Positions 36,629 to 48,100 of a DNA stretch of 64,000 nucleotides are shown here, piece by piece. The notes beneath the pieces are model-generated. The model saw only the letters and a program-made list of their open reading frames with translations. It did not search any database and had not been told where the DNA came from. Source of the stretch: Eukaryota sp. TZLM1-RC (taxonomy: Eukaryota; Protista; Metamonada: BaSk clade); NCBI GenBank assembly GCA_040285825.1, contig JAUPSS010000007.1:1-64000 (forward strand). Reading direction: 5' to 3'. How positions within the stretch are numbered: the stretch's first letter is position 1; each line of letters starts with the position of its first letter. The translations under genes and the position numbers were made by a program.

Positions 36629-37913
36629 ATTAAGTTTAATTAAATCAAAAGTAGTGATGATTTTTCTTTAATTTTTATAGAACTGTGGTCTTTAAATTTT
36701 CAAAAATGTGTTCCAATATACAAAAAAATAAATTATTATAAATTAATAAATTAATAAATTAATAAATTTTGTATTTGATTTTTAATTTTTGAAAAACAAA
36801 ATGTTTACCCTTTGAATGTGCATTAATAGAAAGGTCGAACTAATGATATAAGCAATGGTGAAAAATGATCTTTCAATTCATCAGTGCTTGGCATTTAGGA
36901 AGTAGGTTTATAGTGAAAATTTGTTTGAATAATATGGTAATAAATCATTTAATTTTGTATTTTTAGTTTTTATATTAATCAGAGTTACTTCGATATAAAA
37001 ACTATCTACACTAAAACACAAAAATTGTTAGTTTTCATTCTGCATAATTTACAATTTTGAAAACAGTATATAGTTTTGGGTTCAGGAAACACTAATTGGA
37101 AACACTATACACGCAATAGTTGAAATTTTAATCTTTAACATATTTTTTCGATCAAAACATCAATGGCTGAATGATTTGTTTTAAATGTGTGATGAAAGCA
37201 GAAAAATAGGTAATTCTTTTATCTTTCTTTTCAGACCTTGGAGTTTGTTATTGATTGGCGGCTCGAACGTTGGAAAGCCAATAGAAACCACAAGAATTTC
37301 AAGTTAAGTCAGTGATTAGCTGTTGACAAAAGCAAACTATCAGAAAACAACATGAACGGCAATAAAAAGATCAATCAAATCACTAGCAGTGAATTCGACT
37401 AAATCTGAAAAATAGGAACTTTTATTGAAAACTTTGTTCCAGCGAGTTGAATATTTGGGTGTCAGAAAAAATCATCACATCTCTTGCACTCATCAAATTG
37501 CATAAAAAATACTGAAAGGATTTGAAAACTAGTATTTTTACTGTTTATTTCGGCTTGTTCAAGAAACATGATCACACTGTTCTAACTTTCAAATTGACTT
37601 TAATGATAGGGATCCAAGTTTTGCATTTTTTTAATTCCCAATATTTATGATCTATTGCTAAATCAACATCAGTGAACAACTGCAGTACAAATTGCAATTT
37701 GCTGAAGGAGATAATTTTTGGTTGTGAACAGCAAAACATCAATAGATGATGTGAGTCATGATGTCAAGTGAGTCATGATGATGACTTGATGATGACTCAC
37801 TCGCTCACCGTCAATTCTGGTCGCAGTGCTTCGACTGCGTCACCCACAGTCGACCTAAAATTAGGGAGCCTTTCAAGAGCACTAACCCTGATGTCTATGA
37901 GGCTCTTACGCAT

Positions 37914-39449
37914 ATGACATCAAGTGCTACCTGGCCGTGGCCTCCGTTAGTAGAGGGCCAAGAACATCCACCCTTTTGTCAGGCTGCTCTTTTTAGCAAT
38001 AGAGCTGTTCAACTCGAATCAGCTCACAGACAGCTGCTGACCGATGGCCCTGTGACCTGGAAACTGAATTTCTTCAGGTCTATGGGTAAGCAGATGGAGT
38101 GTCCTGCTCCATCAAAGTATGCCAGTTGTGTGGTTTCCAGTTCCACAATTTCTGCAAATTTAAGACAATGGTATGATGAATATCATTTTCATATTTCCGA
38201 AATTTGGAACCAAACAGTAACATCTAATGATTTGTATACGCGTGCCCTGAGGCGTGATGAATTGGATGTCACTGTTTATAATTGTTGGTTGATAAGCCAT
38301 TGGGGATTGGCAATTTTACATCGTCTAGAAAGTACATGCCCAAATGTATTTCGAAGACATGCCTTGTCCCCAATTGCCACCAAAGTTCCAGGGTTTGTTC
38401 CTTTTAATCAACAAGCTCTGAAATATTTCAAAAAATTGAATCCTAACCAACAATTATTATGGAACCCTTTTAAGTTTTTTAACAAGAAAAAATTTAAAAC
38501 TTTCTCAATTTCTAGCAATGGACTCTCATTGCGCTTCACTTTTTCAAAGAAACCCAAAACGACGTGCACCAGGCGAAAAAATTCTGAAATTCAAGCATTG
38601 GGTCAAAGTCGTCCTTATTTCAGAGAGTCCACTAGAAAACGAAATAAGAGAATAAATGGGCGAGCTAACCGACTGAGGAAAATTGCGAGACGGTCTCAAG
38701 ATTGCTCGCAGGATCTTCCCATCAGAGAAGACCTTTTTTTCGTGGCGGTTGATCCAAACCATTCAAATTTATGTGGTTGGACAACTGGACATTGTTCACA
38801 AGAGAATAGGGTAATTGTTGAACAATCTGGAATTCTACTGAATCCGAAAGCAAAAGTAATTGATTTTCCCCAGCCACTCACTCAATCCTCTGTGAACACT
38901 TATTCCGTTGAGAGCTTCAACAGGTATCTCATTGAAATAGCTTCACTGATAATGAATGATGAGCAGGAAACAATTTCTTTGGTTTCCCAAACTTTGTCCA
39001 ATAGTACAGCGAGAATTTTGAGACGAAATAAGTTTGATTTTGTGATAAGAAGACAAAAAAGGTTCATTCATTTTATTAACAAAATTAAGAGACTAGCTAA
39101 TAACAGGGAAACTATTATTTGGTTTGGTAATGGTGGTAATGGACCTTCTCGACAATCCACCAAAGCCCCAACTAAGAAGTTTCTGACAGAAGTAAAGAAA
39201 TACTTTGCCAATGTGAAGGTTGGAGATGAATACATGACATCTGCCAAAACCAATTGTTGCAAGGTACATCACAGGAAGGTGTATCATGAAGGCACTCGAA
39301 GAATCAATAATGCTTACTTTGAATGTCCTAGATGTGATGAACGCTGGTCTAGAGACATTTCCGCTTCAAGAAATCAGCTAGAGATTGCGATTTCTGAACA
39401 TTTTACTGGGATCAGACCAGAGACATTTAGAAGGGAGGTGAGAGAGTGA
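37914..39449 (+). CDS. Fanzor (eukaryotic TnpB-like RuvC nuclease), Fanzor1-like, catalytic triad intact; N-terminus possibly truncated
   Basis: RuvC-I FVAVDPN, IWFGNG..P, RuvC-II VGDEYMTS, zinc finger CC..CPRC, RuvC-III WSRDISASRN, terminal RPETF. The frame is open upstream to 37785 without an ATG. Confidence 0.88.
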   Translation: MTSSATWPWPPLVEGQEHPPFCQAALFSNRAVQLESAHRQLLTDGPVTWKLNFFRSMGKQMECPAPSKYASCVVSSSTISANLRQWYDEYHFHISEIWNQTVTSNDLYTRALRRDELDVTVYNCWLISHWGLAILHRLESTCPNVFRRHALSPIATKVPGFVPFNQQALKYFKKLNPNQQLLWNPFKFFNKKKFKTFSISSNGLSLRFTFSKKPKTTCTRRKNSEIQALGQSRPYFRESTRKRNKRINGRANRLRKIARRSQDCSQDLPIREDLFFVAVDPNHSNLCGWTTGHCSQENRVIVEQSGILLNPKAKVIDFPQPLTQSSVNTYSVESFNRYLIEIASLIMNDEQETISLVSQTLSNSTARILRRNKFDFVIRRQKRFIHFINKIKRLANNRETIIWFGNGGNGPSRQSTKAPTKKFLTEVKKYFANVKVGDEYMTSAKTNCCKVHHRKVYHEGTRRINNAYFECPRCDERWSRDISASRNQLEIAISEHFTGIRPETFRREVRE

Positions 39450-39576
39450 TAGTTGTTTGTATCCATGTATTGCCTTCGGGCGCTGTGATCCTGAAAAGGA
39501 AACCGTATAAGGGAATGGAGGAATGCTACTTGATGTATGCATTTCCGATGAAATTCACAGTTGGTATAACAATTCA
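39450..39576 (+). ncRNA. Candidate Fanzor omegaRNA scaffold / element right end
   Basis: GCC-TTCG-GGC (39472-39481) and TCCT-GAAA-AGGA (39489-39500) lie inside a TCCAT/ATGGA stem, followed by the hairpin GGAATGC..GCATTTCC. The 3' part is conserved at 44786-44842. Confidence 0.6.
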
Positions 39577-39582
39577 CCAATT

Positions 39583-40085
39583 TTTTTTTAAAATAATTTC
39601 AATTTATTATTAAACTTTTTTTTAAAAAAAAACTGGAATATTTATTGAGATAAAAATAACCATCTAGAATTCAATATCCTCCAAACAAGCGTCACTATTA
39701 CTGAACCTACTCACAGCATTACGTTCATATTCTACACCAATAGCTAAAAGTGCCTTTGAAATCATTGTTGGAATAGACTTGAAAATGCAAAAAACAATTC
39801 TATTTAACCAGAAAGTAGAGTTCATTGTTTTACCAGACCTATTCAGTAACACTTTTTTAAAATTTTCCAAAAAGTGCAAGCCTGAAGGTCCAATATTGCC
39901 AAAAAGAGAAATTGCAAACGGCACAAACTGATATTTCACATGTTCCACTCTACCTAACTGTGCCAAAGGTTCTTCATATTTTTTTATCTTCTTTTTTTCG
40001 GCGTTATATTGAAACTTTTGCACATGGCATATAATTGATCACGAACTGAGTCATGAGCGATAAGTTATGAAATACTTACAAAAAA
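39583..40085 (-). mobile_element. Short, internally deleted RLE non-LTR fragment
   Basis: 12-bp TSD AATTCACCAATT at 39571-39582 and 40086-40097. Encodes CKYFITYRS/HDSVRDQLY and AE..K.KKY..FVPFAISLFG; A-rich tail. Confidence 0.85.
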
Positions 40086-40104
40086 AATTCACCAATTGAT
40101 TCAT

Positions 40105-40137
40105 TTCATCTACATCCGCCTATTTGACACTTCTGTA
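40105..40137 (+). promoter_or_regulatory. Bipartite upstream motif shared with CWC22
   Basis: TTCATCTACATCC plus CTATTTGACACTTCTGTA, ending exactly 10 nt before the SmD2 ATG. Confidence 0.6.
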
Positions 40138-40147
40138 CTGCTAGTCG

Positions 40148-40514
40148 ATGGCTTCTTCCGATAAAACAGATCCAATAGAGCAAGAACGTCTTGAACAGCA
40201 GGAATTTAGAAAAGGTCCGTACTCCCTACTTCTTGATGCTGTCCAAAATCATACCCAAGTTTTGATCACTCTCCGTCATAACAGAAAACTCCTTGGGAGA
40301 GTGAGAGCGTTTGATAGACATCTCAACATGGTCCTGGAAAATGTGCAAGAGGTGTGAATTCATTGTTTTCAACTAATTCCAGATATGGACAGAGCCTTCT
40401 CGTACAGATGATGGCAAATCGTCAACGTCAATGGTTGTTAAAGATAGATTTATCTCCAAAATGTTTCTTAGGGGTGATTCTGTTGTTCTAGTTGTCAAGA
40501 ATGTTAATACGTAG
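40148..40514 (+). CDS. SNRPD2: Small nuclear ribonucleoprotein Sm D2, two exons (40148-40351, 40383-40514)
   Basis: [34 protein letters not shown] | [19 protein letters not shown]; 31-nt GT..AG intron. Confidence 0.96.
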
Positions 40515-41066
40515 CTTCTTTTTCTCATGGTCTATTTTTTCCGTCTCGTGTTGTATTTTCATTTCTAGTCATTTTTAGCTTTTCATTGCTGAAATACTGC
40601 ATTTGCTTTTCCACTTCATTGGGAATGTAGTATGGCTTTGAGTCAGTGAAGTTTTTATATAATGGGAATATTCTTTATGAAACTAATAAATATTTCAGGC
40701 CCACTTATTCAACTTTTGGCTATTGATCTTGTCAAACGATTGTTAAAATGCATCATACAGTAACTAATATTTAATAACCATCATTTTGATTACAAACACA
40801 GCTATGTTTCCACAAACTAAAGCTCTACCAGCCGTAAACAGTATAAAAAAACACTAATGTTAAATTGAACATTATCAATACTTTTGGTTAGTTTGAATGG
40901 GTTGTACAAATCATTTTTAGTATTGTAGTAAACAACCTCAATCAACACTTTAATGACTCAATCTTCTGTGACTTCTGCTCCCCAATCTGTGTGAATAGCC
41001 GAGTTACTGTGCAAAACCTGATGTAACAAATGTTTGTTGAAATGAAAAAGAAATTCTTCAACAAAT

Positions 41067-41477
41067 ATGGAAGTCCTAGAAGCAGTGTCAGGCATAGTTA
41101 CTTCCTTTGAGGTAGCTCAACACATACAGCGGCGCAGACATCGCAGGAGACGTGGGCAGACAAGAAAAGCGTTAGAACCACTTAATGTTGTACATACCGA
41201 GGAACAACTTGCTGACTTCCTTGCTCTACACTTCTACTTAACTGAGGATAATGTCAAACAACTTATAACCCGTCTTCAGGATGCAAATCTCACACGATTT
41301 GAGATTGCAAACATTCTGAATGAGTTACCTTCTTCTATTCCCCATTTAGTTCGTATTATTGAGGAGTGTGAGGAGAGGTATAATGATGATGAAACAGAAG
41401 CAATACTACTTCTTCTACAGCAGTATCTTTATGAACCTTTGGCTGAAGCTGTTCAGAAGGCTCGTAATGGAGAGTAA
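41067..41477 (+). CDS. CRCP: RNA polymerase III subunit RPC9/C17 (CGRP-RCP, Rpb4/HRDC family)
   Basis: MEVLE...TSFEV and LTRFEIANILNELP...IIEECEERY. Confidence 0.82.
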   Translation: MEVLEAVSGIVTSFEVAQHIQRRRHRRRRGQTRKALEPLNVVHTEEQLADFLALHFYLTEDNVKQLITRLQDANLTRFEIANILNELPSSIPHLVRIIEECEERYNDDETEAILLLLQQYLYEPLAEAVQKARNGE

Positions 41478-41664
41478 TTCTGATGACGTCATCAATTGTA
41501 GACACGACGTCGCAGGTCACTAAGATTGGTTGTTTGTATTATTTAGCTGTTTTCAATGGATTTATTTTTGTTGATTTAACACGATTTGAATGCATTTTTA
41601 ATCTTATGAAATAGTTCACAAATGATATCAAATGATGACAATTTAATTTATAATAAATAAACTA

Positions 41665-43627
41665 CTTTTGTGTACAGATTTACTTTTCAATCAAAAAGGC
41701 GAAAATTATTTATTGAACATTGATTTTAAAAATGCTTTCAACTCCGTTTTTCGCTCCAGTATTTTGCAAGAACTAGAACTACACTATCCTCCACTTTTGC
41801 CGTATTTTAAATTGATGTATGGATCACACTCTAACTTAATTTTTCATTCTGAGAATATTGTTTCGTCAAGAGGGGTCAAACAAGGGGATCCATTTGGTCC
41901 ATTTTTCTTTTGCTTAGCACTGCAATCAGTTTTGGTAAAATTTAAGTCGGATTTTCCTGACATTCATATATGTGCTTATGCAGATGATTTATCACTTATT
42001 GGCCCTTTGTCTCTTTTACAACACGGTTTACAACATTTTGTTTTTCTGGCCAAACAAATAGGGTTAGACATTAAATTGCCCAAGTGTTTCATTATTGGTA
42101 ATCAGCATGCGGAGGTGGCATTTAATGAAACTTTTATCAAATACGTTGATTACGAGGAAGATGCTATTCGGTTTCTTGGATCTTATTTTTGGAAATAGTG
42201 AAAAAGTTAAATCGATTTTGTCAGGTATTTTGGAAAAAATCGAAGAGCAACTTTTGGCTATTCAAGATCTAGAAATTGACAAACATTTAGCGTTTTCGGT
42301 CCTAAATGTGTGTTTTGGATCAAAAATTAATCATCTTCTTCGTTCTTTATCTCCCACAATTTCTCATGATTTTTGCACGTCAATTCAATACTTTGAGAAC
42401 AAATTTCTTAGGAAATTTAGTAGAAGTTTGTCCATCTAAAATTCCTTATCATGCATTTTTTAGTCTTAAATTTGGTGGAGTTGGTTTTTCAAAAGCAGAG
42501 TATTTATGCAAAAGTGCTTTTATTGGTGGTATGAAAAATTTTCTTTTTGAATGAAAACTTCGTTTTGATCATATTCCTTTAAATGAATCACATCCTTTAT
42601 TAATTTCTCTTGAAAAAATGGTGCAAGAACTACCTGTTGATATTTGGAATAGGAGTTTTCCTTCAAGTTTGCCTGCTGTGCCTTCGAGATCTTTCACCAA
42701 CCTTCATCTTGCTGCTGTGAAATTACAGAAGTCTGTTCTTATTGGTTTTGAAGACCTGGATTTTTCTAAACGACTTAGTGTGACTAAGATTAATAATCCC
42801 GTCTTTGCTGCCTTTTTATCAGACATTCAGAACTGTACTAGTTTAATATCTCAGCAACCAAGGCCATTTGGTCTTCACTTAACAAATGAAGCTTGGAAAC
42901 AAAACATGCGGTTGAGATTAGGGATGTATCCAAGTGGTCTTTTGGACAATTCTTATTGTATTTGTAACAAAAAACCTACTGCCAATTTTCGTCATATTGT
43001 AAGCTGTAAGAAATTTCTCCAATATAGGTCAGTTCTTCATAATGCCGTTCGTGATGTGACATATGAGATGTTCAAGTGTTACAATTTAAGTTGCAAAGTA
43101 GAACCTTTGTTGAAGCATTATAGTGATGATAATCTTTTTAATTCACGTCGAGGTGATTTAATTGCTCCTTTTGTGGAATCCTCTGAAGTTGTTGTTGATT
43201 TCACTACAGTTGATCCCTTTGCTTTTGTTTATCGCGATGATGTTTTACTTAGTACTAATGGTCATTTAAACAAGGCTGAAGATCGTAAGAGAGAAAAATA
43301 TACTGAGATATTAAATGATTTAAATAAGAACCTTTATTCGAATTTTTCGTTTGTTCCTTTTGCCTTTTCGATTTTTGGCAACATTGGACAATCCGCCTTG
43401 AATTTCATCAATGATTTTGGTAATTTATGTCGTTCAAGTGGTAAGAATTTTGCAGAGAATTTATGGAAAAATCGTATCATTTTCGCTTTGTACAGAAGTG
43501 TTCCCAAGTACTTGAGTTTAATGATGTCTAAACTTTATAAGGATTCATCAAGAGTTGGCGTGGAGAATTTAGTTTCTTATGTGTTTTAGTTTGTTTTGTT
43601 TTTATTTGATTCTTTATATAAATGGTT
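41665..43627 (+). mobile_element. 5'-truncated, frameshifted CRE-like non-LTR copy (same family as 53410-56447)
   Basis: Near-identical to the reverse complement of about 53420-55360; IDFKNAFN, QGDP, YADD, RLE. Candidate 12-bp TSD ATAAATAAACTA at 41653-41664 and 43628-43639. Confidence 0.93.
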
Positions 43628-43829
43628 ATAAATAAACTATTTGATGTTGTATTCAAATTGATTATGTACATATTTGAGGACAAGTGATTCTCATTAAGAT
43701 GCTTTTTGTTTTATTACCAAAAACTGAATACATTATTGAATCACTAAACAAAAAATAAAATGTACAATTTTTTTATTTACACTATTAAAACACGAGTGAG
43801 ATTGTCTCGAGAAGCCTTGGCTGATAAGA

Positions 43830-44842
43830 GATCGAAAGGGGAACTTGATCACTACGAAACTACCCTGCAAGCCAATGTTTAACGGCCAAGACCTCGCCAG
43901 AAACCAAAAGCTACTGAGTGGCAGGCACCTGATGATGAAACGGAAATGGTGTTCTGGGCCATCATCCCCAACCACTCAAATTTATGTGGTTCCAGCATTG
44001 GAACACGTTCAGGACTGACCGTATCCAAATTCTTCTTGGCACCAAAGCAACTAAAAATCAATCACTCCGCTTCACAGACCCACTCATCAATAGATGTTTA
44101 TGACGTGCATTTGAACCATTATCTGCTTGAAATATCAACTATCGGTGACTATAAGGACTATGAAGGTGATAACGGAAGACGATCATTGCTAAAGCAGCAA
44201 TTATATCTGAGTGCTCGAGAAGCATTGAGGAGAAACACATTTGACTTCTTTACAAGAAAACAGAAAAGATCCGGTTCCATTATCAACAAAGTGAAAAAAT
44301 TTGCAAACGGTCGAGAAGTAAAGGTGTGGTTGGGCAATGGAGGTGGTGATCCATCACGTCAAAAAGTGAAAACACCACGTAAGGCGTTTCTCAAGTTGTT
44401 ACAATGTTCATTTGCTAATGTGAAGATCGGAGATGAATAAATGACATCTGCAAAGGTGAACTGCTGCAAGATGCTACACCAAAAGATCTATCGAGAAGTT
44501 GATGGTGAAGTTAAAGTTCACAAAGCCTATTTCAGTTGTGCGGAATGTAATCAAGTATGGTCTAGAGACATTTCAGCATCACTAAATCAGCTAGAAATTG
44601 CAATAGTGAGCACTACTATGGAACAAGATCAGAAGCGTTCCGGAGACCACAAAGAAACTACCTTCAAAGCTACGTATTGTTCTAGAGGAGAAATGGGCAC
44701 ACTGAGATTGGTGGCCAATTATTCGAGGATTCTAGAACGTCAAGTGGACGATCTCAACAAGGATGGAAGTTCTTGGAATAAGTTTGAATGATGATGAATG
44801 TATGCATTTCAAATGAAAACCACAAATTGTTAACAAAATTCA
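43830..44842 (+). pseudogene. Decayed Fanzor related to 37914-39449, including the conserved 3' tail
   Basis: PNHSNLCG (RuvC-I Asp lost), WLGNGGG, NVKIGDE*MTSAKVNCC, CAEC..WSRDISAS; frameshifted to SEHYYGTRSEAFRR. The 5' limit is approximate. Confidence 0.88.
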
Positions 44843-45196
44843 ATGAATTGGAGTTACGTTCATCAACATCATCTGAAAGATTTGACAAAGAAGTATTTGA
44901 ATTTAAAACTACTTGTAATAATGAATCACTATTGACGATTTCACTATTAGTGGGATCAAATGAGAGCTTATCATTTGTTATTACAAAAGTTCCACTAACG
45001 AGATAATTGTTAAGGGTAGTGAGAGCAACACTGCCTGTCCTGGAAAGAACCCCAGTTGAGAACAGGCAGATTTTGACAAAAAAACCATTGAAACCGAATA
45101 AGGTCAAAAAAATTGAGCCAAGTCGTAGTGGTTTCAAGCCTGATCCATTGATTCAATTCAAATCAATGACCTCAAATCAACATCTTCCCATTGTAA

Positions 45197-48100
45197 ATGT
45201 GCTTTGATCTTGAAACCTATCAGGATGGTCACCTTTATCAAAATCATGATGGCCAATTTCTCCCTCCTGACGAAATCATCAACAAAAAGAGAAAAGAGGG
45301 TGCAAATCTTTTGAAAAAGAAAACTGATGAACAAATGGGTGAGTGGATTTCAGATCAAAAAGTGTTTTTAATTTCGATTGTTATTGGTAAGTTCGATTGC
45401 CATAATTTCTTTTTGGAGAGTAAATATTCACTTTTATTGAGAATGAGTCCTCAAATCAGATTACCAGACATTGATATGGATATTCAGGCAGAAATATTCT
45501 CTGTCGAAAAAACCTTGCTTCGTAGGTTTTTAAACATTGTTGGTACTCATCAACCCCATTGTTTTCTTAATCACAATTTAATGCAGTTTGATTTACAAAT
45601 TTTAAAAAATAGATTAAATTATTTTGATTTAGCATTTCCTACTGTTCGAGATGATTCAACAGTTGATGTACTCAATCAACTTTCACCGAGATGGAGAGAA
45701 GTTGTCATCAGGGAAAATGGCTTTTTTCTTTTAGATACTTGGGTTTTTGCCAAAAAATTCATAAAAATACCCTACGGACATGGATTAGGCAATCTGGCAT
45801 ATAAAATGATAAATGAAAAGAAAATCAAACTTCATAGGGAATTTTCTTATATTTTGCCAATTAATTGTTTGGCTACTCCCCCTCTGATACAAAATTCGAT
45901 TCAATATGGGCTTCATGATTGTATCCTTTGTCTGAAACTTTTCGTGCTGTTTCAGAAAGACAAATTTATTTTATCATCTTATAAAACCATTCGAGCAACC
46001 GTCAACTCAATGGTCAAACATTTAAATGTGATACGCAAATTGAGAGAAACTGCTGTAAAATTTCAACATTTACGTATTCACACCACATGTTGCTTAAAGC
46101 TGTATTTACAGTCTTGTTTTGAACGTAATTTGTGATTACCACGAATATGTGCCCAATTATATGAATCATTAATGGCCAGAATTCGTTATATTTCAGCTGA
46201 GTATTATGGGCAAGAAATGGTGAAACCAAAGAGTGCATTTCCAGAGGATTTTGAAAACTTTGTTTATGGTGAAGGAGATTATAGATTATCGACCACCTTT
46301 GAACAACAAAAGTTGAACAAAACATTGAGTTATGTAGACCATTTGAGATATAGGCCTGAGTTTTTTCCACCATTTCCAACTGATGGCTTCAGTGGACCAC
46401 CAGAGTATATGGCCCCAGTAATGTTTACCAATTTTGAAAACAATTTGAAACTAAATTATGAAAAACATATTAATCGATTTATTAATGTTTACTTTGACAA
46501 GCCAGATGTGGAAAATGTGTTATCAGAAATGCACAAGCTGGATGGATACTCAACGCCATTATCTACAATTATTTCACTATATAGATTTAGGCTTCGTCAA
46601 TTCAAAAACTTGTTTTTAGTTGATGATAGAGATTGCTTGAGTTCTTTGTTTCATCATCCTGAAAATATTTCAGACCTTCTGAATGATGAATTTTTCGATT
46701 TATGTGAACAGCATGATATAAGAGGTAATGAACTTAGAGACATATTTGAAGGTCTTATTGAGCCTTTTACTTGCCAAATTGAGAATTTGGTCACTGACGA
46801 GAATTTAGTTGATAACATATTTCCAGTGGATATACATTTTCTTGCAGACACTGTGGAAACAGATCCTCAAATATTCCTAAAACCAACAATTACAATTGCC
46901 CAATATATCTCCAGTAGAGAGAAAAAACCTTATCATATTTCTCCTGTTTCAACCACTGTGGGTCCACGATATTTTCCTATTGATACAAGAACAATATGGA
47001 CAATTATTAGACAAACATTGATGGACGATGTGTTGCCTGATCAGAGATTAAAAATGTCCAATACATTAGCCCAAATTACGAAATTCAAACCACCTCAGCA
47101 ATTTGACTTTTGGTCTAATATTCTCGATTTAAACCAGCCAATGTTCAAACAAAAGATTTATAAATTTAACAACATTATCCACACAGATGGATTTAATATT
47201 GCAGTAGAATTTGTTCGTCAGGATTTACAAGGTCAGAAATGTAAGCCAGACAACAAGGCCAGTATTTCTGATTTATATATTAATGACGTTGATGTTGATG
47301 CTTTTCAACACAAAAGAATTGTTGTTTGTGATCCTGGAAAACGTGATTTATTGTATTTTGGGAGTAAAAAGACTGATGAAGAACTAGCCATGAAGCCTGA
47401 ACATGAAACTGAACAGCAAAGAAATAGTCGGGTGATGAATCAAGACAAGAAGTACAAATGGTTAAGAATGACTCAGATGTCCTGGTCTTTGAAAAGTAAG
47501 ATGAATGAAAAGCAAAAACGATGGGCGACAAAGTATACTGAGGTAGATTACGACAGGAACCAAATGGTCGAGTCTAACGAAATGACAATTGAAGATGCAA
47601 ACACCGAATTATCCACGTTTGCTGCCAACTCAGCAACTTTTGTAGACTTTTCAAACTTTGTGGTTGCCAAACTTCGGCAAGTTTTTTTGACAATTGACTT
47701 TTACAGTCTTGACTTGTGGAGCATTCATAAAATGCAAGCTTTTATTCACAAGCAAAAGACTGAAAGTTGGTTATTAAAAAGCCTTGTTCAGCAGTTTGGC
47801 AATCCAAAAGACACTTTAATACTAATGGGTGATTATGTTAAAAAAGGTTCCAAGAATTTGAAACATCAGAGACCTACTAGAGGAATTGGATGGATTCAAT
47901 TTCTGAAAAGAAATGGATTTGAAGTATTGATGATTAATGAAGCTTTCACTTCAGCAAAATGTCCTGTTTGTTTTGAAAAGGTTAATACGTTTTTGAGAGT
48001 AGCAAATCCCAGATTCTATAGAAGAGAAAAGACTCCTGTTACTACATGTCATGGTTTATGAGCTTGTAATGGTCAGAGTTGCAAACTCAGTAACAAAGGC

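Noticed and set aside
45197-46135. A host DNA polymerase delta/zeta gene or a Polinton
   Set aside because: No polymerase palm motifs, capsid, ATPase or integrase genes, or long TIRs are visible.
46133-48061. TGA reassignment to explain the Fanzor in-frame stops
   Set aside because: Host genes end in TGA (ELMO-domain gene, CWC22), TAA and TAG and have no internal stops; nearby TAA codons and frameshifts point to decay.
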